A stretch of DNA of 34,858 nucleotides from Lama guanicoe. Its lineage: Eukaryota. This document shows positions 34,732-34,858 of the stretch, in pieces. Numbering within the stretch: position 1 is the stretch's first letter; every line of letters starts with the position of its first letter. Both the position numbers and the translations under genes were made by a program. The notes under the pieces are model-generated. The model saw nothing but the letters and a program-made list of their open reading frames with translations. It was not told the origin of the DNA and ran no database searches. The stretch spans positions 1 to 34,858 of the forward strand of contig MU054268.1 in the NCBI GenBank assembly GCA_013239625.1, given 5' to 3'.

Positions 34732-34858
34732 AATACAGGGAAAGGTCAAAACAGTGATGCATGAAAAGCCAGGACTGGGATCAGGATTCCAGGTTAACAG
34801 TGACACACCAGAGATTCGGTCTTATCCATTTGTTAAAATCTAACAAGGATCGGATCAT

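Noticed and set aside
32048..34858. Short ORFs in the AT-rich tail
   Set aside because: No recognisable coding signal; some span an N gap.

Overview
Mammalian genomic DNA, probably laurasiatherian or cetartiodactyl (weak inference from the L1 3' end and the absence of recognisable Alu, B1, Bov-tA or PRE SINEs). No clearly intact protein-coding gene is present. Most of the window (about 3.77-29.6 kb, + strand) is an intron-containing, heavily decayed copy of otoferlin (OTOF). I could map 31 exon remnants, from C2B through FerA/FerB, C2D, C2DE, C2E and C2F to both alternative transmembrane exons. They carry stops, frameshifts, broken splice sites and a large internal gap covering C2C. An orphan last exon of DRC1, OTOF's normal tail-to-tail neighbour, follows on the - strand, and the sequence then turns AT-rich. 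This suggests a segmental-duplication relic rather than loss of the real gene. Three younger insertions sit inside it. (1) An FDFT1 (squalene synthase) retrocopy starts in intron-1-like CpG-rich sequence and has its 3' ~1.06 kb inverted. (2) A 5'-truncated L1 replaces the front of an OTOF exon. (3) A full-length CASP6 retrocopy with an 8-bp TSD keeps a long open frame with the catalytic His/Cys, and its 3' read-through carries the antisense last exon of MCUB. Ancient MIR, L2, MER and MLT fragments and three N gaps make up the rest. All gene and repeat identities come from recalled sequences, not database searches.
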